Assembly: GCF_009914755.1 (NCBI RefSeq)
Contig: NC_060941.1
Direction: 5' to 3' (one strand)
Source of the DNA: the human T2T-CHM13v2.0 reference genome, Homo sapiens
DNA length: 64,000 nt
Within the stretch, counting starts at the first letter, position 1; every line of letters begins with the position of its first letter. A program made the position numbers and the translations under genes. The notes beneath the pieces are model-generated. The model saw only the letters and a program-made list of their open reading frames with translations, did no database searches and had not been told where the DNA came from. Below are positions 1-19,500 of the stretch, piece after piece.

Positions 1-259
1 CGGCCAGGGCCAGGGCGCTGATCCACGCAGTGTCCTGGGCGCTTCGGTCAAAGTGCTCGGCAAGGTCAGGGAAGGCAAGGCCCAGCGAGCGCAGCAGCCC
101 GTAGGACAGCCCGTTTATCGCGAAGGCTGCGGCCGCCACCACCCAGCCCCAGCCCCCATCCGGGGGTCCGGCGGGCTGGGGGGTCATCGCCGTCTGCGGG
201 GTGGGGAAACATCTGTGAGAGAAGCCTCCACGCCTGTGCTTCCGCTGGGGAGCTGGCAT
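1..259 (-). CDS. SLC16A11: SLC16A11 (monocarboxylate transporter 11), N-terminal coding part; continues beyond the left window edge
   Basis: Minus strand from ATG at 259 reads MPAPQRKHRRGGFSHRCFPTPQTAMTPQPAGPPDGGWGWVVAAAAFAINGLSYGLLRSLGLAFPDLAEHFDRSAQDTAWISALALA. PPDGGWGW is the MCT/SLC16 TM1 signature. Second in-frame ATG at 187. Confidence 0.95.
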   Translation of the reverse strand, partial: MPAPQRKHRRGGFSHRCFPTPQTAMTPQPAGPPDGGWGWVVAAAAFAINGLSYGLLRSLGLAFPDLAEHFDRSAQDTAWISALALA

Positions 260-900
260 CCCTGAGATCCAGCCTCTGGCTGCTCGCCCGGGGTGGGCCC
301 GTCACTCCGAGCGCGATGGCGCGGGGCGGAGGGAGCCGGAGCCTGGCCTAGGGCTGGAACTCCCGGGTCCGCGCGAGGTACGGGGACGGGGACAGCCAGA
401 TCCCCAGGCCCGAGGTTCCCCGTCCCACGCACACTCCTTCCCCCTTACCCGACCTCTCCGGGCGGTGCGGGGAGGGGAAGGGTGAGGAAGGGCTGGGCCC
501 GGCTTTCTCTCTGCTTCCCAGGCGGGCGGGGGCCCCGAAGGGGAGCGAGGGCAGCGATGGAGCCCAACTTGGACGGGCTCTCTCGGTAAACAGAGATCAC
601 CACAGGGGCCTGAGCCACCTGGGACGCGGGGTGTACGGAGGGCGGGGGCGAGCTGAAACAGCCAATCCGGCAAGCCGCGCGTGAGGCCAGACGCCAGTCC
701 CACGGGGATTGAATTATGTACACACACAACCCCCAGGCCCGGGGGAGGGGGGAGCGGCGAGAAATGAATGCCGAGGGGCCCTGCCCTACTCACACGCATG
801 CACCTGCCGCCTGCTGCGCGCAGGGGAGACACGTGGATTGCAAACCCCAGCGAGCCCAGGGTCCACCGCCAACGCGTGGAAATAGGGATGGTCCCCAAAA
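1..900. promoter_or_regulatory. SLC16A11: CpG island / SLC16A11 promoter
   Basis: Very GC- and CpG-rich. GGGCGG boxes (~523, ~640), CCAAT at 662-666, candidate non-coding exon donor GG|GTAAGG (GT at 448-447, minus strand). Confidence 0.8.
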
Positions 901-1493
901 CCTGAGGGGATGAGTAGTTTTGTTCTCAGGAACGTTGCCGAGGACCAGGTAAATCTCGGATATCAATCAGATCACAGACCTCCACCAAGTGCCAGCTCTG
1001 TGCTTAGAATAACAGACCCCCAGGCCGGGCGCGGTGCAAGCCTGTAATCCCAGCACTTTGGGAGGCCGATGTGGGTGAATCACCTGACGTCAGGAGTTCG
1101 AGGCCAGCCTGACCAACATGGCGAAACACCATATCTACTAAAAATACAAAAAAAATTAGCCGGGTGTGGTGGCGGGCGCCTGTAGTCCCAGCTACTTGGG
1201 AGGCTGAGGCGGGGAATCGCTTGAACCCGGGAGGCAGAAGTTGCAGTGAGCCAAGATCATGCCACTGCACTCCAGCCTGGGTGACAGAGAAAGACTCTGT
1301 CTCAAAAATAAATAAATAAACAAAAATAAAATAAATAAAATAAAATAACAGGTCCTCAAGGACAGAGGGATGAAACACGACTCCCTCAATGTGAAGACCT
1401 GCAGTGTACCAGGCACCGTTTACACATGCTATCACTTCATCTTATGATAACCCTATGAAGAAGGTGTCGCTTTTCTTTTTTTTTTTTTTTTAG

Positions 1494-1804
<311 letters not shown>

Positions 1805-2076
1805 TGAAGCTCTCAGGGAAAAAATGGTATGGATATTTGAATTTAGGTCTGTCCAACTGTGGACCTACAAGGAGAACAATCCCAGGACTGAAACAAAATC
1901 TGGCACAGTTAAGGGAAAGATCCTGGATACAGCTTGAAGCAAACTGCCCTGGAAAGGGTGGAACCATTGCAGGGACAGAAAACTTATGAGTCTAAAATAA
2001 GGGGTCACTGGGAATAGAAAGGATTCTTGAGATCAGAATCTCTAAACACTTAGGTTAGAATTTTATTTTTTATTTT

Positions 2077-2110
2077 GTATGTATGTATGTATGTATGTAT
2101 GTATGTATGT
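2077..2110 (+). repeat. (TATG)n microsatellite in an AluJ tail
   Basis: tatgtatgtatg... about 8 units. Confidence 0.9.
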
Positions 2111-3419
2111 GTGTATTTATTTATAGAGACAGGGTCTTGTCCAGGCTGAAGTGTAGTACTGCCATTATGGCTCACTGCAGCCTCCACCTCCCAGGCTCAA
2201 GCAATACTCCACCTCAGCCTCCCGAGTAGCTAGGACTACAGGCTCCACACCACCATGCCTGGCTAAATTTGTTCATTTTTTTTGTAGAGAGGGGGTCACA
2301 GCATGTTGCACAGGCTGGTCTCAAGCTCCTGGACTTAAGCAATCCTTCCACCTCGGACTCCCAAAGTGCTGGGATTACAGTCTACCATGCCTGGCCAGGT
2401 TACAATTTTAAAAGCAAAGTAAAAAATCAGGTCATTGAAGCCAGGTATTGATTTTTTGAAAAACTTTATAGAAAATGTCCTTTTTTGATAGGTTGACATT
2501 CTTTACCTCAGCTCTTTGAATTCAGAGATGTGTTCTTTGGTTTAATTATTAAACAATATGATAGAACATTCAGCAACTTAAGTTTGGAGCATGCATCCAT
2601 TGAGCCACATGATGGCAGTGTTTCCTAATTATTGGGAAAGAATCTGCACGTAAAGACAAGAAAAACAGCTTCTTAAGGAGCAAAACTGTAAACATAAAAG
2701 ACACAGCATGACTATAGGCAATGGCTCTCCATTGCCTATAGACGGGAAAAATTACATTTCTCTATTTGTACAGGTCTTTTACAATAATCAAAGGTAGACC
2801 TAGGTTACCGTTCCAAACCATCTCCCCTCTCTCCCTTTTGCCAGCCTCCCATCAGCCACTGTCTTCTCTGCTCTGTGGACATGCCTAGCTTTTTCTCACT
2901 CCTTAATTTTTGCATATGTCATGCTCTCTGCTTGAAACGTCCTGTTGTTCATGAAGGTCCTGACAGACACACCTTAGGAAAGTGGCCCCACCGGTTTCCC
3001 CAGCCTGGAGTGCTGTTATGAAAGCCACCAGGGAGGCGGAGCCAGCAGGTCCTCAGCTACCGGGGAGGGCAGGGATCCCGCTTCCTGAGAAGGCTGCTGA
3101 AGACTCTGCTCCAAGCTAAACGAATCACTGTCTCCCCATGGTGACGCAGAAATGCAGGACAGTCAGAGCGAAGACCGGGCCCTCCGCATCTGGGAGTTGT
3201 GCTAAGTGATGCTGCGCACCTTCGCAGGATGCTTACGAAGCCAGAAGGGTATCCCAGAGCCTGGGACTAGGGCTGTGAAAGAGCACATTCCTCTTCTACC
3301 TCAGGCTCCCTATATTCTTAGCAAAACTTGTCATCTTTTGCTCACGGAGGTAAAATAGCACAGAGATTAGGAGAATGGACTCCCAAGCTAGATTTCTTGA
3401 GGTTGAATGCCAGCTCTAC

Positions 3420-4381
3420 TGTAGGGTCTAGCCCTACGGGGCTTGGCGGGTGTTTTCCCCGTGTGCGGAGATGAGAGATTGTAACAAATAAAGACACAAG
3501 CCAAAGAGATAGAAGAAAAGACGCTGGGCCCTGGGAACCACTACCATCAAGACGCGGAGACCGGTAGTGGCCCCGAACGGCTGGTTGCGCTGATATTTAC
3601 TGCATACAAGACAAGGGGGCAGGGTAAGGAGGGTGAATCTTCTAAGTGATTGACAAGGTGCAGCAAGTCACGTGATCACAGGACGGGAGGGCCCTTCCCT
3701 TTTAGGTAGCCGAAGTAGAGACAGAAGGCAGCATACGTCAGCGTTTTCTTCTATGCACTGATAAGAAAGATCAAAGACTTTAGACTTTCACTATTTCATC
3801 TACCGCTCTGTACTACGAACTTCAAAGAGGAACCAGGAGTACGGGAGGAACATGAAAGTGGACAAGGAGCGTGAGCATTGAAGCACAGCCCCACAGGGAG
3901 GGGTTTAGGCCTCCGGATGACTGCGGGGAGGCCTGGATAATATCCAGCCTTCCACAAGAAGCTGCTGGAGCAGAGTGTTCCCTGACTCCTCCAAGGAAAG
4001 GACACTCCTTTTCGCGATCTGCTAAGTGATGGGTGTCTTCCCAGGCACTAGCGTTACCGCTTGACCAAGGAGCCCTCAAGCGGCCCTTATGCGAGCGTGA
4101 CAGAAGGTTCACCTCTTGCCTTCTAGGTCACTTCTCACAATGTCCCTTCATCACCTGACCCTATACCTGCCGGTTATTCGTAGGTTATATTAGTAATGCA
4201 ACAAAAAGTAATATTAAAAGCTAATGATTAATAATGTCTATAATAATGATTGATAATTGTCCATGATCATCTCTATATCTCATTTGTATTATGACTATTT
4301 TTATTCTATTTTCTTTATTACACTGAAACAGTTTGTGCCTTCAGTCTCTTGCCTCGGCATCTACGTAATCTTTCGCCCACA
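3420..4381 (-). mobile_element. Solo ERVK-class LTR (LTR13-like), inserted in a MIR
   Basis: TG...CA ends, 962 bp, 6-bp TSD CTCTAC at 3414-3419 and 4382-4387. Near-identical copy at 47996-48959. Confidence 0.85.
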
Positions 4382-5114
4382 CTCTACCACTTAGTAACTA
4401 TATGATTATGAGCAAGTGTGACTCAACCTCTCTGTGCCTCGGTTTCCTCATCTCTACAATGGGGGTAATAACAATAGCTACCTGATGGGTTGTTATAAGA
4501 ATTAAATGAGTCACTGTGAATACACATATAAGTAAGGAACTTAGAACAGTGCCAAAGTATACGTGTTAGAGCTCATTGCCGCTATTTTCTTTCTTTTTTT
4601 TTTTTTTTCTTTTTTTTTTGAGACAGAGTCTTGCTCTATTGCCCAGGCTGGAGTGCAGTGGTACAATCTAGGTTCACCACAACCTCTGCCTCCCAGGTTC
4701 AAGTGAATTCTCCAGCCTCAGCCTCCCAGGTAGCTGAGATTACAGGTGCCCGCCACCACACTCAGCTAATTTTTTTGTATTTTTATTAGAGACGGGGTTT
4801 CACCATATTTGCCAGGCTGGTTTTGATCTCCTGACCTTAAGTAATCCACCTACCTCAGCCTCCCTTAGTGCTGGGATTACAGGTGTGAGCCACCGCGCTC
4901 AGCCTCCATTGCCGCTATTGCTGTGAGTTGAGGAACCTGGCTGGACCTAACAGCACGGCAGCCCTTTCCCACCTGGCTACCTCTGCCCATGCCTCAAGGT
5001 CAAGGCACCACATTGCCCTGGTAAGTTCTCAGTAGAGCCACATGGGTTAGAAAATGTGAATGGCTATAAAGAGATTCAATGGAAATTTCTGCTTTTCTTC
5101 TTTCTTTTCCCTTA

Positions 5115-5520
<406 letters not shown>

Positions 5521-6070
5521 TCAGTCCTTCATACAAAATATTTATAGACAGCTACCGCGTGCCAGCTGCTATGCTTAGGGTTCGGGATACAAATGTGAAT
5601 AAGATATAGTCTCTCCCCTCCCAGCCCCACAATCAAATCAGAGGATCATCACATAAAGAAAAGAATTCTCAGCACAAGGACGGGGACACATACACCGTAG
5701 AGTGGTGCATGGGAAGAACTGACTCATTCCTCTTAGGACTGCTGGGAGGCTTCACAGAAGAGGAGCCCCTTGGGCTGGGTCTTGAAGGATGAGTAGGAGT
5801 TTGCCAGATGGATCTGTGGGCAGGGGCGTTCCAGGCAAAGGAAGCAGCTTGTGGAAAATCACAAAGGCATGAACCAGCTTGGCACATTGTTTATTGTTTG
5901 GGGAGCTATAAATAGCCGCTGTGTGGAGAACCGAGCATGTGTAGGAGGATAATGTAGGATTAAGCTGCTGGGCAGAGGGTCCCGTCTGAAAGGCCTTGAA
6001 GGCCAGGCTAAGGATATTCCTCCAGAGGCTGATACTACTCCAAAATGTCCAATGAAGTAGCACTCACTAA

Positions 6071-6451
<381 letters not shown>

Positions 6452-6944
6452 TAGCCAGGATGGTCTCGATCTCCTAACCTCGTGATCTGCCCGCCTCGGC
6501 CTCCCAAAGTGCTGGGATTACAGGCGTGAGCCACTGTGCCCAGCCCGATTTCTGGAATTCTCACACACAAAGATGCCAAAGGTGAGTGATGAATCACTGA
6601 ATGAGAGAAACATTGAACAAAGGAGTCATTGAATGAGTGGACTCCGTGCCTGGTGCTCCACAGAATGCAGCAGTGGTACAGGAAAGAGTCGCAGATGGAC
6701 CAAACCACGAAGGCCTGCCCATGTGGGGACAGCCCTCAAAGCAGATGCTGAGCTAGATGAAGTCTATAGGGAGATCGTAAAAGAGTGTCAAGCATGGCAC
6801 ATCATTTGCTTTGGGGACCACAGGATCTGGGAATGCGTCCATGTTTGCAAACTCTAAAACTGCTCTGGGGCTTTTTCATGGGAACTCCTGCCGGAGGTTC
6901 TCGGGGCCTCTGGAGTCTGCAGCCTCAGGGAAGCCCTGAACTAA

Positions 6945-7562
<618 letters not shown>

Positions 7563-7817
7563 TAAGGACACAAAGGTCAGGGTTTGTGGCTCAGGGCCAG
7601 GTAGCACGTCGCTGAGATGCTCTGAAATGGGGAGTGGGTCATTGAAGCAGGAGGCCAGGGGCTCCTTGTGTATCGGGAACAAGTCTGCTTGGACGACCAT
7701 ATCAACTGGAAGAAGGGAGATGGAGCCGAGTCTCCTGAGCCTTCCTTGTGTGGGGACTGAGACTGCGGTAGGACTTTGCTGAGTCTGAGGCTGTGGGGAA
7801 GCTGGTAATAGGGTTGA

Positions 7818-8679
<862 letters not shown>

Positions 8680-8987
8680 TAACAGTCTGGGACTTTGGCC
8701 AACATCTGTATCAAAGTTGTGAGTCGTAAGCCATGGGCACTAACTCTGACTTATTTAAGGAAAGAAATGATTTATTACAGGATACTGCGTAGTTCACAAA
8801 ATCACCAAGAAACCTACAGAGCCAAGATTGGCAGAAGCAGAGGCCACGAGCCTATAATGGGTTGCTAAAGCCGCTGTTATCACCACAGGACACTAGATGT
8901 CGCTGCTGGCAGCCCTCTGTGACCACTGGGCCTGGAAACAGCTGCTGCTCCTCGGACGTGTTCTCTGCTTCTGGGCCCTCAAATCTA

Positions 8988-9482
<495 letters not shown>

Positions 9483-9519
9483 CTAAAACTGTGTAAGCCC
9501 AACTAAAATGGATTATTAG

Positions 9520-9681
<162 letters not shown>

Positions 9682-10971
9682 TGAGTAGCTGCGACTACAG
9701 GCACCCGCCACCACGCCCGGCTAATTTTTGTATTTTTAGTAGAGACGGGGTTTCACCATATTGGCCAGGCTGGTCTCGAACTCCTGACCTCGTGATCCAC
9801 CCACCTCGGCCTCCCAAAGTGCTGGGATTACAGGCATGAGCCACTGTGCCCAGCCAGACCTGGTGAGTTATTAAAAGCACAGTCCCTGAGTTCCGACTCC
9901 CACCATTTCCAGGCATCTATAAAAAGGGGGCAATGCTTCAAAGGATTGTTGGTGAGACTTCAGTGAAGTAAAGCTTGGGAAGGACCCAGCACAACTCCAG
10001 GCACAGGGCAGGCGTCCTACAAATGTAGGTTCCCATCCATTTCATTCCATCCCATTTTCTAGCCACCGGTAGCCACCCTTTCATCTCTACGCCAGTCCAA
10101 TTCTACTCCAAGTCACTATGCCCCTCCTGTCTGGATTTGTGAGGGGCAGTCAGACCAGAAGGGGCCAGAAGGTGATATTTGTCATCTCCCTGCTGCTATA
10201 CCAACCTCTCAGCTACCTGAGTTTTTTGGGTCCCTTTGTCTGCCTTCCCAGCCCCAGCCTGAGACCTGGGCATCTGACTTGAAGGATGCAGGCTCTTAGT
10301 GGACATGGTAACCCACATCAGCCCTTAGGGCTGCAGCAGCCCTGCCTGGCCAGAGTCTCTACCTCCCCAAGGAATATCAACCAGGACCAGAAGCCAAGGC
10401 AGGAGGGGACAGGACGTCAGATAACAGGTTTTCTGCAGGGATGTAAATTACACATCTTGGAGGATCTGACATATGCAAGGCAGAGTTTTGGGGGCCCAGT
10501 AAGCAAATGGTGCCTGTTTTCTTGCCCCAAGGCAGAAATGCCTTTGTGAACACTGGGAGGAGTCGCGTGGGGGCTAAGCCCTGAGAAAGTCCCAAAGTCA
10601 TAGAAGGGCCCAGACGCTGAAGAGGCTGCAACTGGCTGCAGTGGATGCCACACAAGCCTCTTCCTGTCCTTGTGCAGGTGGATCTTGTCCCTCCCAGTGC
10701 GTTCCTTTCTGTACCTCTTGTTGGCCATGAATCTCCTTTGCCCCTGCCCACATCTCCATGCCATTTCCTCTGCAAAGCTTTCTCCTGCCTCTCCCCTACT
10801 GTCAAAACATTTTAAATGCTGGGCAGCATCTCTTCTTTAGGGTTCCTTCCCTCTATCCCATTCAAAGAGCCATACCCAGCTTTAGCTACCTCCATCTCAA
10901 GCTTTCATCCTATCTTTCTCTCCTCCGTTCACAATCAGGAGTCCCTTGCAATGAGACCGATTCTGGTTTAA

Positions 10972-11412
<441 letters not shown>

Positions 11413-12147
11413 TAATCAGCTTCCCCTTCCCTGGGCCCAGGGATCTGGGAGATAGGAAGTTGATGCCACCGCCCCAAGAGCTGATGTTTCAGGACTGTGG
11501 CCAGTGAGTGCTGAACACAGTGAGCAGCAGAGTGGGCTGACACCTGAGCTCCAGGACTCATAAAGCCCCGCTGTTCTTGCATGGCATGTGGTTTCTGGGT
11601 TTATTTCCCTGTTGTCCTTGAGGAGAGTATATTTATTCCCTAAGTATGCAGGGCTTAGGGCTAAAAGCATTCCCCATGCTTACAGAAATGCTAGGGATAT
11701 GAAAAAGTGTACCGATTTCCAAATACAAAAGGCAAACTTAAAAATCTAAAGTAATGAATATTAAAGCGTTTTTAAAAATGTCTACAAAACATAATATTAG
11801 TCCATTTCTTTGTTAAATTTCATGTTCCTAAATTTTCATTACATTGGAAAACAATTTGAAGCTTTTTTTCACTTTGCAGGATTTCCTAAATGTTTATCGT
11901 GATTGCTGAGAAATCAGAGCCAATCATAGATTCACTGAGTTTCTTATAGACAAACAATCCTTTAAAAGAATAAACGTCCTTTTAAGATTTTAAACGGCAA
12001 AAAATCTTAGAAATCTTTTAAATTTTTGGGCCGGGCACGGTGGCTCACGCTTGTAATCCCAGCACTTTGGGAGGCCGAGGAGGGCGGATCACGAGGTCAG
12101 GAGATCGAGACCATCCTGGCTAACAGGGTGAAACCCCATCTCCACTA

Positions 12148-12381
<234 letters not shown>

Positions 12382-12531
12382 TTAGTATATGTTATTAAGA
12401 GGCAACATAACATGGTGGGACAAACACGAACCCTGGAACCAGATTGTCTGGGTTCAAGCCCTGGCTTTGGTACTTACTGGCTATATAACCTAGAGCAAGT
12501 TATTCAACCTCTCTTTGCAATAGTTCCCTCA

Positions 12532-13385
<854 letters not shown>

Positions 13386-13411
13386 TAATGATAGTACCTT
13401 GTTACTATTAG

Positions 13412-13642
<231 letters not shown>

Positions 13643-13745
13643 TAGTAGAGACGGGGTTTCACCGTGTTAGCCAGGATGGTCTCGATCTCCTGACCTCGTG
13701 ATCCGCCCGCCTCGGCCTCCCAAAGTGCTGGGATTACAGGCGTGA

Positions 13746-14103
<358 letters not shown>

Positions 14104-14873
14104 TGACCTCGTGAGCCACTACACCCGGCCACTTTTACATTTTTTTATACAGATGGGGGTCTCACTTTTTTCCCCAGGCTGGTGTCAAACTTCTGGCCTC
14201 AAGCAATCCTCTCACCTCGGCCTCCCAAGGTGCTGGGATTACAGGTGTGAGCCGCTATGCCTGGTGGAGCGTCTTTTATAAGGTCATAATCCCATTCATG
14301 AGTCCCCCATTCTCATGACCTCGTCGCCTCCCAAAGGCTCCACCTCCAAATACCATCACATTAGGCTTTAGGAGTTAACATATACATTTGGGGGACAGGG
14401 AAACACAGACACATTCAGTCTTTGGCATCCCACATATCAATAAAACTAGAGCTAGGAATGCTCCAAAATTAGCTTATCAGTGTCTCAATAACATCATCAA
14501 AGACTAAGGTTCTTCCCACATTTTCAGTCTATCCCCTCAGTGTTTTAGCTTTTTCCTCGTAAGGTTGCAACGTGGTTACTGCAGTTTCAGATATGGCATC
14601 TAGGCATAACCAAGTGCAGAGGAAAATGAGCACGTCTCTTCCAGTGTGTGCCCCTTAGCACCAAGGATCTTTTATCCTACAGCCCCCAGCAGACAGCCCC
14701 TCGGCCATTGACAGAATTATGCCGTATGTCTATGATTAAACCAGCCACTGACAAGGGGGAAGGTTCCACCATGATTGACTTACTTTCATCAGGTCCTGCC
14801 TCTAGGACTAGGCTGGAGCCACCCTCACCTGAAGGTTATACTGTACCTACATTGCTGTTGTAGAATAACATAA

Positions 14874-15188
<315 letters not shown>

Positions 15189-16244
15189 TGATCCACCCTC
15201 CTCGGCCTCCCAAAGTGCTGGGATTACAGGCGTGAGCCACCGCGCCCGGCCCAAGAGTGTTGACTAAACCATCTAGAACTCCCTGTTGGTGCCTGAAGGG
15301 GACTATTCTTGGGAATCTGGTGAGGTTTTTTTGTTTATTACTAGTAATGTGATTTGTTCTGATTTTTACCAGCAATTCCTCCCTCCCCCACTAAACATAC
15401 ACTGCCCAAGGGGCAAGAAGAAACACCTACACTGTGTGTGAAGAACCTGGCATTCTGTCATATCTGGCATGGGCATCAATGGTCCATAGGCATCAATGTA
15501 GCAGCAATGAATGAATGTGTATCTCTCTTCCCCAGCCTAGATGACTACAGCTCAATTCTAACTGGTCTTCCTGCACAATGTGGATTCCACAATGTTGATA
15601 GAACCAGCTTCTAGGTTCAGGAAGGAAACCAGGCTGATTCTCAGGCAGGAGGAGGCAGAGTACGTATGACTCAATCCCTCTTTGCCTTTAATGAAAGTGA
15701 CGGAGAAGATTTTCCGCTTAAGAAGGAGGATACCCTGAGAATTTATAAAAGCCTGAAGAGCAGTCGTGGAACACAGAGGACAGCAAAGGCAAGAGAGGGG
15801 TGATTCCAGTTCCTTACGTCGAGAAGTAGAGACCTGCCTCTACCTCAGTATTGGCTCTGATTGGATGTTGTGAACTGGTAAAGATTTCTGGATTAATGTG
15901 AGTGGTCAGAGGGCAGGGGAGCATAATGGCAAATGAGGTCACTTCCTATTCACTCATGTCCCTCTGATAGAGGGACAGAACCCAATGAGGACTGTAGCTC
16001 AACAGTTTTGCTGATGTATGGGAACAATTCCTTTCAGTTTTTTTGCAACTGCCATCTAAACAGTTTTTCTACAGACGTCCAAGGCAGTCTCATCTCATTC
16101 TGTTCCTTGTGAGCTTCTGGAACAGAATTACTCCATTCCTAGTCTCAGTTCATCATGGTCAAGGTATAAAACTGGAGAGCTGGCCAGGCATGGTGGCTCA
16201 CGCCTGTAATCCCAGCACTTTGGGAGGCCAAGGTGGGCAGATCA

Positions 16245-16528
<284 letters not shown>

Positions 16529-16543
16529 TTATTTTATTTTTGA

Positions 16544-16866
<323 letters not shown>

Positions 16867-17558
16867 TAGTAGCTATGCCTGAGTGTATAGAAGGTATAAA
16901 TATCTTGCTCTGTCATTCTTAGATGGTGCAAATCAACCTGTGGAAAACTGATAGAAGTGGTGCCAACTGCTCATTCTGATTTATTTAATGGGTTTCTTTT
17001 CTCATTCTGAAACCATTCTATCAAATGGCAATAGACTGTTCCTGTAGACCCCCATGAAGTAATCATGTACCACACGAATAATACACAATGAGATTGCTTT
17101 TTCACTTATAAAACATGACCAGTTATGACTCATTCTGACATTTCAAAGCCTAAGAATCCCAGGGGCACTACTAGAAGCATTTGTCTACCTTTCTAGCATG
17201 ATTCATATATTTGCTTCAGATTGTGTTAACCCTTGCCATTCTTTTTTTCCCAAACCTGGAAGTAGGTTAACTGTAAGATAAGTGTATCTTCTCATTCCAG
17301 ATGAGAGGCAGGATGTGCAGGTCACTTTACTCAGTGCCTGGCATTAAGCCAGTGGTGGACCCACTATGTGGACAGCTAAACTCCCAGCTTTCTGCCTTCC
17401 GCCAAGGGTCACACCGCATTCACCTTGTTACAGCCGCTAAACAGACTTGACTCAGCTTTCCCTTCAGAGTCATGAGACAGCTGCCACTGTTCCAAATCTC
17501 CTGCCCTCACAAGGAAACACCCACGACAGGAAGGTAACAAGCACAGCTCCTCTTTTAC

Positions 17559-17594
<36 letters not shown>

Positions 17595-19263
17595 AGAAGG
17601 AGTCTCGCTCTGTCATACAGGCTGGAGTGCAATGGCATGAACTCAGCTCACTGGCAAACTCCACCTCCTGGGTTCAAGTGATTCTCCTGCCTCAGCCTCC
17701 CGAGTAGCCGAGATTACAGGTGCCTGCTAATTTTTGTATTTTTAGTACAAAAATTAATTAGCCCGCTAACCTACGACTGGCTAATTTTTGTATTTTAGTA
17801 GAGACGGGGTTTCACCATGTTAGCCAGGCGGTCTCGAACTCCTGACCTTAAGCGATCCACCTGCCTCGGCCTCCCAAAGTGCTGGGATTACAGGTGTGAG
17901 TCACCATGCCTGGCCAATGGCTTTCTTACCTTGTGTGTCTCTGTCTCTTCTTGTAAGGACACCAGCCATATTGGATTAAGGGTATACCCTACTCCAACAT
18001 GACCTCATCTTAATTTATTACGTCTGCAACGACCCTATTTCCTATTTCCAAGTAAGACCAACTTCCGAGATACTGGGGGTTAGAACTTCAACCTGTCTTT
18101 TGTGTGAGACGCCTTTGTATAATGAATAGTCTCTGCATTACCTAAATCCAAAGATTTTCTGTAGTTTATGACCCAAAATTCCTTTTTTTTTTTTTTTTTT
18201 TGAGACAGAGTCTCGCTCTGTCGCCCAGGCTGGAGTGCAGTGGTGCGATCTCGGCTCACTGCCACCTCCACCTCCAGGTTCAAGTGATTCTCCTGCCTCA
18301 GCCTCCTGAGTAGCTGGGATTACAGGTGCCCACCACCACGCTCAGCTAATTTTTGTATTTTTAGTAGAGACGGGGTTTCACTGTGTTGGCCAGGCTGGTC
18401 TCCAACTCCTGACCTCAAGTGATCCGCCCGCCTCGGCCTCCCAAATTGCTGGGATTACAGGCGTGAGCCATGCACCTGGCTCCAAAAGTCCTTCTGATAT
18501 AGAACTCTACTATTATAGGAGTTCAAACCAGTCCAGCCGAACAAGCACCACACATGTCTTCCACAGTCTCATCCCCTCCTTACCTAAAACTCCTTATCTC
18601 TAGGAGCAACCTAGAAAATTTTTATGATCACCAAAGAGCAGTTTTATCTCCTTCTAACCAAAGTCCTTTTTCAGAAGAGGGTCTTGTATAACTTTGAATA
18701 ACAAAGGGTGTGTTTGCACAATTCAAGAGCCAGCATGAGAAGTTTCCTAAAATTGAAGAACAGTCTTCTTTCAAAAAGCATTCTTGCCACCTGCCTGGAC
18801 AACATAGCAAGACCCCATCTCTACAAAAAATTTTTTTAATTAGCTGGGCATGCTGGTAGACACTTGTGACCCTTGCTACTTGGGAGGCTGAGGCAGGAGG
18901 ATCCCTTGAACCCAGGAGTTGAAGACCGCAGTGAGCTGTGACAGTGCCACTGCACTCCAGCCTCGGTGACAGAGTGAGAGCCTGTCTCAACGGGAAAAAA
19001 AAAAAAAGTGTTCTTGCCAGACAGAGGAACATTCAGGGTGGTGGTAGTTGTTTTAATATGTGAAAATGTAGCTTTTAAACATCACTATTTTGGCCAGGCA
19101 TGGTAGTTCACACCTATAATCCCAGCACTTTGGGAGGCCGAGGCGGGCGGATCACTTGCAGTCAGGAGTTGGAGACCAGCCCGGCCAACATGGTGAAACC
19201 CCGTCTCTACTAAAAATACAAAAATTAGCCAGGCGTGATGGTGGACGCCTATAATCTCGGCTA

Positions 19264-19500
<237 letters not shown>

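Noticed and set aside
302-898. 198-aa and other ORFs across the CpG island
   Set aside because: Stop-poor GC-rich sequence with no recognisable domain; the real frame is SLC16A11 on the minus strand.
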